Positions 37,344 to 48,494 of a stretch of 64,000 bases of DNA are shown one piece after another; the first letter of the stretch is position 1, and the number at the start of each line of letters is the position of its first letter. The position numbers were made by a program, and so were the translations under genes. The notes beneath the pieces are model-generated. The model saw only the letters and a list, made by a program, of their open reading frames with translations, ran no database searches and was not told the DNA's origin. The stretch spans positions 11,098,001 through 11,162,000 of the forward strand of contig NC_135658.1 in the NCBI RefSeq assembly GCF_964188315.1. The letters run 5' to 3'. Source of the stretch: Podarcis muralis. Its lineage: Eukaryota.

Positions 37344-38001
37344 GAAATCTCTACGTGGGACAAGAAGCTACAGTTAGAACTGGATATGGAACAACTGATT
37401 GGTTCAAAATTGGGAAAGGAGTATGACAAGGCTGTATATTGTCTCCCTGCTTATTTAACTTATATGCAGAATTCATCATGCGAAAGGCTGGGCTGGATGA
37501 ATCCCTAGCCGGAATTAAGATTGCCAGAAGAAATATCAACAACCTCAGATATGCAGATGACACAACCTTGATGGCAGAAAGTGAGGAGGCATTAAAGAAC
37601 CTTTTATTGAGGGTGAAAGAGGAGAGCGCAAAATATGGTCTGAAGCTCAACATCAAAAAAATGAAGATCATGGCCACTGGTCCCATTACCTCCTGGCAAA
37701 TAGAAGGGGAAGAAATGGAGGCAGTGAGAGATTTTACTTTCTTGGGCTCCATGATCACTGCAGATGGTGACAGCAGCCACGAAATTAAAAGACGCTTGCT
37801 TCTTGGGAGAAAAGCAATGACAAACCTAGACAGCATCTTAAAAAGTAGAGACATCTCCTTGCTGACAAAGGTCCTGTTCTTGAAGCTACCAGCATGAGTT
37901 TGACCAAACTGCAGGAGGCAGTGGAAGACAGGAGTGCCTGGTGTGCTCTGGTCCATGGGGTCACGAAGAGTCAGGCACGACTAAACGACTAAACAACAAC
38001 A
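37344..38001 (+). mobile_element. BovB LINE fragment with RT motif and internal deletion
   Basis: LSPCLFNLYAE...NNLRYADDTTLMAES; jumps at about 37875 to the extreme 3' end; TSD GCCTCTAACAAG. Confidence 0.9.
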
Positions 38002-38552
38002 GCCTCTAACAAGCCTGGTCTAGCTACATTCATCTTTCCAAGGAGCTGAGGTCCTGCAAAAGGTTTTGTGTGCAGCTCAGGTCTTGTGATTATCTTGGCT
38101 TTCAACAACTTCGCATTTAGAAGAAATTCTAATGCGGACCCAGCAGACAAAAGTCATATCGAAACAGATTTGCCAGAAAGTATAGCATCTCTCTTTCTCC
38201 CTAAGATAGAAGTAGTTGTCAGACTATTTGCCCATTAGCTACTATTTCCAACTCTGACTAGGAACATCGCTTCATCATCTCAGACAGAGCATCTTTACCC
38301 TCTCCTGTTACATGTAACCTGGCAGTATCACATTAGTGTTTAAAAGTTCTAAATGACTTAAGCTCCAAATATCTGAAAGGCCTTCTCCTTCCCTACAGAT
38401 CCTCTTAAGATCTGCAGAGAGAATCCTCTTGGTAATTTTGTTGCCCTTGCAGGATCAAGGTGGTGGTAGTGGGTGTAGCAAGGGACAGGGTCTTCTCTGT
38501 GGCGGCCCCTAAACTATGAAATTCCCTCCTCACAGAAGTGCATTTATAGTCG

Positions 38553-39027
38553 TAAAGGTAAAGGGACCCCTGACCATTAGGCAGTGGCGTAGCGTGGGTT
38601 GTCAGCACCCGGGGCAAGGCAAGTAATTTGCGCCCCCTAACCCGTGGATTTGCGCCCCCTAAACCTAACCTCCAGATGTTGCGCCCGGTGCGGCCGGCCC
38701 CCCCCGCACCCCCCACGCTATGCCACTGCCATTAGGTCTAGTCATGACTGACTCTGAGGTTGCGGCGCTCATCTCGCTTTATTGACCGAGGGAGCCGGCT
38801 TACAGCTTCTGGGGTAATGTGGCCAGCATGACGGAAACACCGTTTACCTTTCCGCCGGAGCAGTACCTATTTATCTACTTGCACCTTAACATGCTTTCGA
38901 ACTGCTAGGTTGGCAGGAGCAGGGACCGAGCAACGGGAGCTCACCCTGTTGCGGAGATTCGAATCGCCGACCTTCTGATTGGCAAGTCCTAGGATCTGTG
39001 GTTTAACCCACAGCGCCACCCGCGTCC
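38553..39027 (-). mobile_element. Sauria SINE interrupted by a hAT MITE
   Basis: SINE halves rejoin exactly once 38582-38728 and one TSD copy are removed. Confidence 0.88.
38582..38728. mobile_element. hAT MITE (147 bp)
   Basis: TIR CAGTGGCGTAGCGTGGG; 8-bp TSD CCATTAGG at 38574-38581 and 38729-38736. Confidence 0.9.
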
Positions 39028-39118
39028 GACTTCATTGTACTACTATGCAAACAGCAAACAGTCGCAGGGAGAAGGTCAGGCGGGCTAAAGCTCAGAATGA
39101 GCTCAGACTTTCAAAAAA

Positions 39119-39150
<32 letters not shown>

Positions 39151-39289
39151 GGTTTCTTCGGATATGTTCGAAGCAAGAGGAAGAACAAGTAAGCAGTAGG
39201 TCCTCTGCATGGAGAAGACAGAGAAATGCTATTGGGTGAAAGAGAGAAGGGAACACGTACCTACTATAAACGAATTCAAATCTCCACCC

Positions 39290-40400
39290 AAGCTGCACCC
39301 AAGGGTACTAAAGGAACTTGCGGATATAATCTCAGAGCCTCTGTTTACAATCTTCGAGAATTCTTGGAGAACAGGTGAGGTTTCTGCAGACTAGAGACTA
39401 GAGATAGGCCAGTGTTGATCCTGATAACTAGCAACAGATCAGCTTGACATCGATACCAGGACAAGTCCTAGAACAGATAATTGAATGGTCGGTCTGTGAG
39501 CACTTATAAAAGGATGCCTTGATTACTAAGACCCAGCATAGGTTTCTCAAAAACAAGTCATGCCAGAAGAAATAGTTACAAGCTTTGATAGAGATACAAG
39601 CTTGGTGGATCAGGGGAATGCTGTGGACATAGTGTATCTTGATTTCAGACCTTGACAAAGTCCTCCATGGTATACTCGTGTTAAACCTGGTAAAATATGG
39701 GCTGGACGAGGTAACTGTTAGGTTGATTTGTAGTTGATTTACTGACCAAACCCAAAGACCGCTCACTAATGGTTCCTCATATCATCCTGGAAAAAAGTGA
39801 CAAATGGAGTGCTGCAGCGTTCTATCCAGGGTCCGTTGTCATTCAACGTCTTTATAAATGACTTGGAAGCAGGAATTGAGGGGATGCTCATCCAATTGGC
39901 AGATGACACCGCAGAAGATAGAATTTGAATTCAAGATGCCCTGAAAAGATTGGTGAACTGGGCCAAAACAAAGTAACAAAATGCATTTCAATAGGGACAA
40001 AGCTAAGGTTCTAAACTTAGGCATCCCCAACCTGCGTCCCTCCAGATGTTTTGGCCTACAACTCCCATGATCCCTAGCTAACAGGACCAGTGGTCAGGGA
40101 TGATGGGGATTGTAGTCCAAAACATCTGGAGGGCCAAAGATTGGGGATGCCTGTCCTAATCCAACCCTCTAACCCAGGCATAGGCAAACTCGGCCCTACA
40201 GATGTTTTGGGACTATAACTCCCATCATCCCTAGCTAACAGGACCAGTGGTCAGGGATGATGGGAATTGTAGTCCAAAACATCTGGAGGGCCGATGGTTG
40301 GGGGTGCCTGTTCTAAACTTAGGCAGGAGTAACCAGCTGCACAAATATAAGATGGGGGACATCTGACTTGACAGTAGTACATGCGAAAAGGTTCTTTCAC
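39290..40400 (+). mobile_element. Degraded CR1 LINE ORF2 fragment carrying hAT MITEs at 40017-40310
   Basis: LHPRVLKELADIISEPLFTIFENSWRTGEV and further CR1 RT-like segments. Confidence 0.78.
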
Positions 40401-41549
40401 ATTACCTGTTATCCATTTCCTTTTTCAAAACAGGAGATACCTGGGGCCTTCTGCATGTGAGACGGGTGTTGTACAAATGAGCTGGTCTCTCCCTTGAGTT
40501 AGGATGGTGTTGTGAGCAGAATGAGAGACCTGAAATTGCTGAGAGGCTCTGGGCAATTTTTAATCATGGTTTCCCTTCTCCAAAACAGAAATAATACGGC
40601 CTACTGCAGAGGGTTTATTTATGTCTCATTCATGGCCTGCCTTTCCTCCAAAGCAGATGGCATTTTCATGCAACAACAACTTTGCGAGGTAGGTTAGGCA
40701 GAAAAATAGTGACTGACCCCAAAGCCCCCGGTCACTTTCACAGCTAAAGCTGTGGCATAAAATTGTGTTTCAAACTTCCAAGGCCATCTCTCTAGCCACT
40801 GGACTATCACAACTCCCTATAATGAGTAAAGAAAGAAAGAAAAGAGTCTAGGTTATAAATGGGTATATTTTTATGTCTCTACGCAAACACACATCTGAAC
40901 AATCTCAGTAACTTAGAGCAGAAATAAGTACTGCAACTAGCTGGAGAAAGTAAAGGCGTTTGCATGCAGAGATTGAATAAAAAAACGATCAGGCAGCACA
41001 AAGTCTAAAAACAACGAGGTTTTAAGATTATGGGATGACAGCAGACTTTGTAATAGAGCTGGGTCTTTTTATGGACTATTGTAAGGTAACTTATGGTGGG
41101 GGAAATAATACGAATATACCTTTTACTGTTGCGTAGGGGCCTTGTTGCTTTGTATAATTTAAGAGTGGTTTACAAACTTGTACATAATGTTGGAAGGCGT
41201 TTAGATAGGGACATGTTGCCTTGATATCAACAGTTTATGTAAGCGTGTATACGCTTGGGAGCACCTTTGGATACCAAAGTGGAAGGACAATGTCAAACCG
41301 GAAAAGGACCTGGTACACATCTGCTACCTTGTCACCTTTAACTGCCTGACAGGCGGAAACTCAACAGATGCAGCTCTCCTTTCAGAGGAACTTTCCGACA
41401 GTTTTCGTGAGAAATGTGACTTCTGAGCCAGCTGGGTTTTAAAAGCCCCCCCTCCCCAAACAAACAAACAAAAAACCCCATCAAGGTGTATCGTGAACCT
41501 TGAGCCAAAGGCATGCATCTGAGGGGCCCAGCCGTTGGGATCCCTCTGT

Positions 41550-42620
41550 TGATCTCTCCTGCGACCAGCCAGCATCCCATTCATTGGAGGGCTTCCCCCG
41601 GCATCCTACGCCCCCTTTTGCGCACCTGGCTCTTTCGCATCACTTACCTGTCGCGCTGCCCACCTGCTGGACCGCTGTCGCAGATGCTTCTTTGGGGTGG
41701 GGAAGGGGAGAGAGAGGAAAAAAACGCGATGGGGAAGCTTGGGTGGACTGGGGAGGGGGGGAAGGCAAAGAGGTGGATCTGCCCTGCCTAGGAGACGAAG
41801 GGAAACCCCAGCCGGCCGCAATGCTCCGTGGGAACTGTATTTCCTGGGCGCCTCCGGTGCCAGCGCCGCGGGCCGGGGACGGGACTACAACTCCCAGCCG
41901 GCTCCGGGGCAAAGGCGGCCGGCGATCAGCTGGTGTTAAAGGGGACGCAGCCCTGGAATTGTGACTCGGGGGGAGGGAGGGGGGAAGAAAACAAACCCAC
42001 AGAGCGAGCCCATCTCCGAAAGCAGCCGGAGGTGGTTCCCTGGTGATGCGCGCCGGCTGCAGCAAAGCAGCTCCTGGCGCTTTCCCTCTGCACCACCAAG
42101 TCTGGGTTGGTTTGTTTTTTTTGCAAGCGGGGCGCTGGAGGAAAAGTGGGGCGTTGCTATTATTATTATTATTATTATTATTATTTGCAAAGGCGTCTTC
42201 TGCACCTGGAGAGAGAAGTAAGTGAACGGCCGCCTCCCTCCCTCCCTCCCTCCCTCGCTTGCTTGCTTGCTTTTTTGCTCGCCTCCCCGTTTTGCGCAAT
42301 GGTAACGCGCGCGTGCAGTGCGGACGGCTCCTCTGCGAGGAAGCGCCGCTGGGTTTTGCAAGCAGGAGGGGAAATTCTCCCAGGGAAATGGGCGCAAGGT
42401 GGCCCCATCTGGTCCTTCGGGTTTGGGGAGCTTCCTCGGCTCAGAATCTCCGCGCGAACCCCTCTTTTTGACCCCTCTTTCTTCGTGGAGTTGGAAAGGG
42501 ACCCGACGGGTCATCTAGACCAACCCCGCGCAGTGCAGGGATCGCAGCTGAATTCATGGAGGTTAGATGCGGCTCCGCTAGCAGCGCGGAGAGCCTCCAT
42601 GTTTAGCGACAGTATACCCA
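41550..42620. promoter_or_regulatory. CpG island, probable bidirectional KCTD21/USP35 promoter with non-coding first exons
   Basis: CpG-dense; minus-strand donor CAG|GTAAGTG at 41648/41647; plus-strand donor GAA|GTAAGTG at 42217/42218; ACTACAACTCCCA at 41884-41896. Confidence 0.72.
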
Positions 42621-44877
42621 TGAGTGCTTGATGCTGGGTGGCAAATGACGGGAGAGGGCAGTTGCCCTGTTGCCCCCACTTTGTGGTCTTTCCTGAGGGG
42701 TCTGGCAGGGAAAGCGACCATCGATCTTTGGGTTAATGCAGCTGCGCTCTTCCTATGTTGTCTTCTAGCTGCTTAAGATGCACTCTGCACATGCTCAGTG
42801 CTGCTCTTTTTTTCCTGGAGGATGACTTAGAATCGTAGAGACGGAAGGGACCCAAAGGGTTATCAAATCCAACGCCCTGCAATGCAGGAACCTCATCTCT
42901 TTCAAGGCCGAGATGTGGTTTTGGGAACTGATTTTGGAGCCCCAGTTCTTGATTTTTTGCTCCGGTCACTCGTCCTTTTCCCTGGGGCTGCCGTCCTCTT
43001 GTGAACCAAGTAACCGTATGGTCAGGTTTTGGCGAGACAGGTGAGTCTGCGGAGGGAATAGCAAGTGTGGAAAGATGGAGGAATGTTCCTGCAGCAGAAC
43101 AAACCCTTGAGGAAAACAAAAAAGTTGTCAGGCTTATTGATATGATGCAAGAAGAAGTCCAGGGGGAGTGCCAGTGGTGAGGCTGCCTCGTTGCTAACTC
43201 AGACTGAAATTTATGCTCTCTCCATTCTGTCACCACCACGTACTTCTGTAATAAGAACGGCTGCAGAATTAGAGCCATCAGAGAAGTGCAGTTGTGGTGC
43301 AGTAAATAGATGCATTTATTTATTACGTTCTGCCATTTCTTTTAAGGAGCGCACAGTATTGTGCAAGGTTCTCCAGCCTAGTGTAGTGGTTAGAATGTCA
43401 GACTAGGACCTGGGAGACAGGGGTTCAAATCCCCACGCAGCCTTGAAGCTCACTGGGCGTGCCCTTGGGCCAGTCTCTGTCTAACCTACCTGGCAGGCTT
43501 GTTGTGAATTGGGCATGTTGCCTTGAGTAAATTAGAGGAAAGACAGGGTGTCAATGCAATAAGAAATAGATGCGCACCTGTACGTTTTATCCTTGCAATA
43601 ATCTTGTGGGTTGGTTGGGCAGAGAGAGTGATTGGCAGTGAGCTATGTGACAAGAGTCGGGATTTGAACCCAGGGCTCTCTGGGATGCTAACCACTGTAC
43701 AAACACCAGCTGTAAGTCAAGTCTCCTGCGAGGGTGCTGGATTAGATGGGCCATTGGTCTGATCAAGCAGTGGCATGGTTTAGGGGAGCGGGGAGGTCCT
43801 GGGGGCCATGGCCCTGGGTTCAGAACTCTGAGGGGGTGCAACCAGGTGCCCCCGTGCAGGCGCTAGCTTTTGGGGGACCCTCGCTCTACCCCGGCAAAGA
43901 CAGCAGAGCAGCCCAAGCCCACAGTGGGCAACCCAGTGCAGCCCGGCCCAGCACTCTTCTTCGTGAGTGTCAGGATGAGTCTCCCACCAAGGGCTGCGTT
44001 GGCTGGCCAGGCTCCACCCTGCGTGGGTGGGTGGGTTGTGTGACATGGCCCCCGCTTGGCTCAGAGTGGGGGGTACCTTCTGGTGTCATCAGTGTCTTGC
44101 CTGCCCTGGGCACCAGCAATCCATGCTATGCCACTGTTCTTAAGTTCACTGGGCGTCCTCCAGCTTGGAGGTGCAGTCCCAAATATCTGGAGCGCACCAG
44201 GTTGGGGAAGATGAGTGTAGGCCAATGAAAATAAGCCACCACACTTTGAACTTATTGACTGTCTTGGCATAGGTGTTATGGGTGTTATTACAGATGATTT
44301 GGGCGCTTTCATGAAGGCTAGGTCTGCCATTGACTATTGGCCATATTAACTAAAATTGTGTTTCTGTAAACAGGGGCATCAGTATACCTGTCATTACTGA
44401 GCACCAGCAGGGAGAGAGAGAGAGAGAGACTGAGACTGGCCATTTTCATTATACCTGACTTGTAGGCTTCTCTGAGTCATTTGACTGCACACTGCCGGAG
44501 ACATAAATCTGGGAGCGGTAGGACTTTGACCTGATTCAGCATGACGGTTATGGTATTTCTGAGATCTGGTACTCAGCTTTATACTGAACAAAATACTCGC
44601 CCTCTTTTTTATGGTACACACTTTCTCTTCGCCAGAAGTGTCATATAATTATGGTATAAAACCCATTCATTTCAAGTTGTGCAAGTGTTCCATATTCACT
44701 CCTTTTCATTTCTTGTGTTTGTGGAATCCGCAGAGATTTCTTCCAGGTCTGTTTGATGAAAGAAAATGATGGTTTTGTGAGGCAAAGCAAATTGATTATT
44801 CAGAAATGGTAGTAATAAAAACTTGTGACCATATGCAGACTTTCTTGGGAGGGAAAAGCCCACCATTGTGGGACTTA

Positions 44878-44880
<3 letters not shown>

Positions 44881-44908
<28 letters not shown>

Positions 44909-44947
44909 CTTCTTCTTCTTCTTCTTCTTCTTCTTCTTCTTCTTCTT
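44881..44947. repeat. (TTC)n microsatellite
   Basis: About 22 perfect units; explains the poly-E and poly-S ORFs. Confidence 0.97.
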
Positions 44948-45262
44948 GTATTTGTACCCTGTTGCCCCAGCCGCTCTGGGCAGCTCCCAACAAAATATTT
45001 AAAACATCAAACATTAAAAACTTCCCTAAACAGGGCTGCCTTCAGATGTCTTCTCAAAGTCAGACAGTTGTTTATTTCCTTGACATCTGATGGGAGGGCG
45101 TTCCACAGGGCGGGTGCCACCACCGAGAAGGCCCTCTGCCTGGTTCCCTGTAACCTCACTTCTCGCAGGGAGGGAACCGCCAGAAGGCCCTCGGAGCTGG
45201 ACCTCAGTGTCCAGGCTGAATGATGTGGGTGGAGATGCTCCTTCAGGTATACTGGGCCAATG
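44948..45262 (-). mobile_element. L2 LINE 3' fragment
   Basis: GPVYLKEHL...RQRAFSVVAPALWNALPSDVK; similar fragments at 35503-35690 (-), 46020-46365 (+) and 52792-53196 (-). Confidence 0.85.
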
Positions 45263-45334
45263 CCATTAATCAGAAAATGTGCACAGGATTGTTGATCTTC
45301 AGTTTTTGATTCAAATTCTAACCTTCCTTCTAGG

Positions 45335-45530
45335 CACTGGTGGAGGAAGAGGGGTGTGGGGGGAGCGTACCGCCCCCGGCAGCGCGATCCCGGTGGGGTG
45401 CCATCATGGCTGCTCCCCACCTGCGCTGGGCACCCCACCCCCGCAGGAGCGTGCCACGCCCCCGGGACGCGCACCAGCCCCCCCGCCTGCTCCCCCCCCC
45501 CCAGTGCCGGAGCATGAAGCTCCGCCACTG
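45335..45530. mobile_element. GC-rich hAT MITE
   Basis: CACTGGTGGAG...CTCCGCCACTG; TSD CTTCTAGG/CTTCTAGC (7 of 8 match). Confidence 0.75.
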
Positions 45531-46703
45531 CTTCTAGCATGCAAAGAAGGGAATGGATCTAGCGTGAATTCTTTGTCTCAGAGTTATGATATGTGTGTAT
45601 CTGAAGAAGTGTGCATGCACACGAAAGCTCATACCAAGAACTAACTTAGTTGGTCTTTAAGGTGCTACTGCAAGGAATTTTTTTTGTTTTGATTATGATA
45701 TGAAATCACTTTTATTTTTAATTTATTGTTCGTATATTACAATTATATCCTGCCCTTTCTCCCAAAGGAAGTGGGTGTCATTTTTCAGGAACGCCTTGTC
45801 TCTGCTTTTGCGTATTATGAACGAGTCTGCCTTTTGCAAAACCTTATTGTGTGAAGACTGCTGATTTTTAAAAATTGAAATCCTTAATACAAGTTGGCAG
45901 TAGTCAAGAAATGTAATGGGAACGAAGTTGTACAGAATGTGGAGTAAAACATCCTGAAAGCATGGGACGATCTGTCTTGAATTAAGCATTCTTTCAGTCC
46001 AATCCTATGCATGTTTCCAAGCACAATTCAAAGTGTTGGTGTTGACCTTTAAAGACCTAAATGGGCTTGGCTTAGTATACCTGAAGGAGCGTCTCCACCC
46101 CCATCGTTCAGCCCAGACACTGAGGTCCAGCTCTGAGGGCCTTCTGGCTGTTCCCTCACTGTGAGAAGCAAAGCTACAGGGAACCAGGCAGAGGGCCTTC
46201 TCAGTGGTGGCGCCCGCCCTGTGAAACGCCCTCCCATCAGATGTCAAAGAGATGAACAACCACCTGACATTTAGAAGACATCTGAAGGCAGCCCTGTTCA
46301 GGGAAGTTTTTAATGTGTGACATTTTAATGTATTTTTAATATTTGTTGGAAGCTGCCCAGAATAAATGATGATGATGATGTTGACTCGGGGCTGAAGTCA
46401 AATGGCTGTGTTAACAGCACTATAGTGTCCTCCCTGGGGTAAAAGCATGGGCAGTATGTCTGGAGGTCCTGGGCTGCCCAGACGACAAGACCCCCCTCTT
46501 AGCTTCACTGATGTGGTCCAAAGAAAGCCGAGTAAGATATTTGGCACCAGCTTGGCTGCAGGAGTTGCTGGAAAGAGGCGTACAAGGCGCCATTCTTACT
46601 GACTCCACTCTGAATTTGTGCAGCAGTTCCTCCTGAGACTTTTCTTCTCCCAAAGATATCCCACAAGGCAGCAGAGGTTTAGGGCCAGAGTTTTCCTTCT
46701 TAA

Positions 46704-47050
46704 AGGGGACGTGGGTGGCGCTGTGGGTTAAACCACAGAGCCTAGGACTTGCTGATCAGAAGGTCGGCAGTTCAAATCCCCGCAACGGGGGGAGCTCCCG
46801 TTGCTCGGTCCCTGCTCCTGCCAACCTAGCAGTTCGAAAGCACGTCAAAGTGCAAGTAGATAAATAGGTACCGCTCCAGTGGGACGGTAAACGGTGTTTC
46901 CGTGCGCTGCTCTGGTTCACCAGAAGCGGCTTAGTCATGCTGGCCACATGACCTGGAAGCTCCCTCGGCCAGTAAAGCGAGATGAGCGCCACAACCCCAG
47001 AGTCGGCCACGACTGGACCTAATGGTCAGGGGTCCCTTTACCTTTACCTT
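46704..47050 (+). mobile_element. Sauria SINE inserted in an older dispersed repeat
   Basis: Canonical SINE; TSD-like TTCCTTCTTAA on both sides; host repeat also seen near 19000-19430 and 56870-57410. Confidence 0.85.
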
Positions 47051-47316
47051 TCCTTCTTAAAGATGGGCTCCCTTCCCAGGTTGACAAGCCCTTCACTTCC
47101 CTCTACAGCACAGGCAGAAATTGCCTTCTTGATCGTTGGACCCAACCACTATTGGTCTTGCCTGCTCAATCCTCTGGATTGCTTGCAAGGGAAACCCCTA
47201 ACTCATGGGTAGGCAAACGAAGGCCCGGGGGCCTGATCCGGCCCAATCACCTTCTAAATCCGGCTTGTGGACGGTCCGGGAATCAGCGTGTTTTTCCATT
47301 AGAATGTGTCCTTTTA

Positions 47317-47855
47317 CAGTGGTACCTCGGGTTAAGAACTTAATTCGTTCTAGAGGTCCGTTCTTTACCTGAAACTATTCTTAACCTGGAGATTTACAGA
47401 AGATTGGCGTAAATTTACAGACTATTTGAAAAGTAATTGTGATGATTCAATTACATTTGTAGGTTTGCAGGAAGTTTTGTAAGGGGAATAATTTGAATTA
47501 TTGCTTTATTGAACAAAAAGGTTGATGTTTGTTATGATAATTTAAGGCAATATGAATCTAAGAAATGCAGGAGAAATTATAAAAATGGGAGATCATCAGA
47601 GAGGCTGATGGAAGTCCAAAAGATTCTATAAGAGGTGAAAATTTGTGAAATGTATTACAATTCAAATGTTTTAAAATGAATAAAAATATATATAGAAACT
47701 ATTCTTAACCTGAGGTACCACTTTAGCTAATGGGTCCTCCTGCTGCCGCCGCGCAATTTCTGTTCTCATCCTGAAGCAAAGTTCTTAACCTGAGGTACTA
47801 TTTCTGGGTTAGCGGAGTCTGTAACCTGAAGCGTCTGTAACCCGAGGTACCACTG
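47317..47855. mobile_element. Tigger-like MITE (middle layer of the nest)
   Basis: TA|CAGTGGTACCTCGGG...CCCGAGGTACCACTG|TA. Confidence 0.88.
47389..47694 (+). mobile_element. 5'-truncated L1-type LINE 3' end
   Basis: FTEDWRKFTDYLKSNCDDSITFVGLQEVL-stop, AT-rich 3' UTR with AATAAA; 18-bp TSD GAAACTATTCTTAACCTG. Confidence 0.75.
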
Positions 47856-48223
47856 TATTTGAAATGCACCTCTGGGTTATTTGTGGGGCCTGCCTGGTGT
47901 TTTTACATGAGTAGAATGTGTCCTTTTATTTAAAATGCATCTCTAGGTTATTTGTGGGGCATAGGAATTTGTTCATTTCTTTCTTCAAAATATAGTCCGG
48001 CCCCTCACAAGGTCTGAGGGACAGTGGACCACCCCCCTGCTGAAAAAGTTTGCTGACCCCTGCCCTAACTCAATGAGGGTTTGAGACCTGGTTTAGCTGG
48101 CCAGTCGAAGCCATTCCAGAGTGTGGCTGTTGTCACATACTGGCAGCTTTTAGGAGCCACAGGTGAGAGGTGTGTGCAGGGTGAGGACCAAAGGTGGACA
48201 AACTACCCAGAAGGAGCAAAATA

Positions 48224-48494
48224 CAGTGGTGCCTCGCAAGACGAAATTAATCCGTTCCGCGAGTCTCTTTGTGTTGCGGTTTTTTCGTCTTGCGAAGCAT
48301 GGCTATTAGCGGCTATTAGCGGCTTAGCGGCTTTAAGAAAAAGGAAATGAACTCGCAAGAACTCGCAAGACGTTTCGTCTTGCGAAGCAAGCCCATAGGG
48401 AAATTCGTCTTGCGGAACGACTCAAAAAACGGAAAACCCTTTCGTCTAGCGAGTTTTTCGTCTTGCGAGGCATTCGTCTTGCGGGGCACCACTG
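48224..48494. mobile_element. Tigger-like MITE
   Basis: TA|CAGTGGTGCCTCGCAAGACG...GCGGGGCACCACTG|TA; same family as 34901-35254. Confidence 0.85.

Larger units (their letters stand above)
47204..48062. mobile_element. hAT element containing a Tigger-like MITE that contains an L1 fragment
   Basis: TIR CATGGGTAGGCAAAC / GTTTGCTGACCCCTG; 8-bp TSD CCCTAACT at 47196-47203 and 48063-48070. Confidence 0.88.

Noticed and set aside
41500-42631. 150-219 aa ORFs with poly-N, poly-I or poly-Y runs
   Set aside because: Products of the CpG island plus a (TTA)n microsatellite; no recognisable domain
44796-45090. Poly-Glu and poly-Ser ORFs
   Set aside because: Translations of the (TTC)n microsatellite
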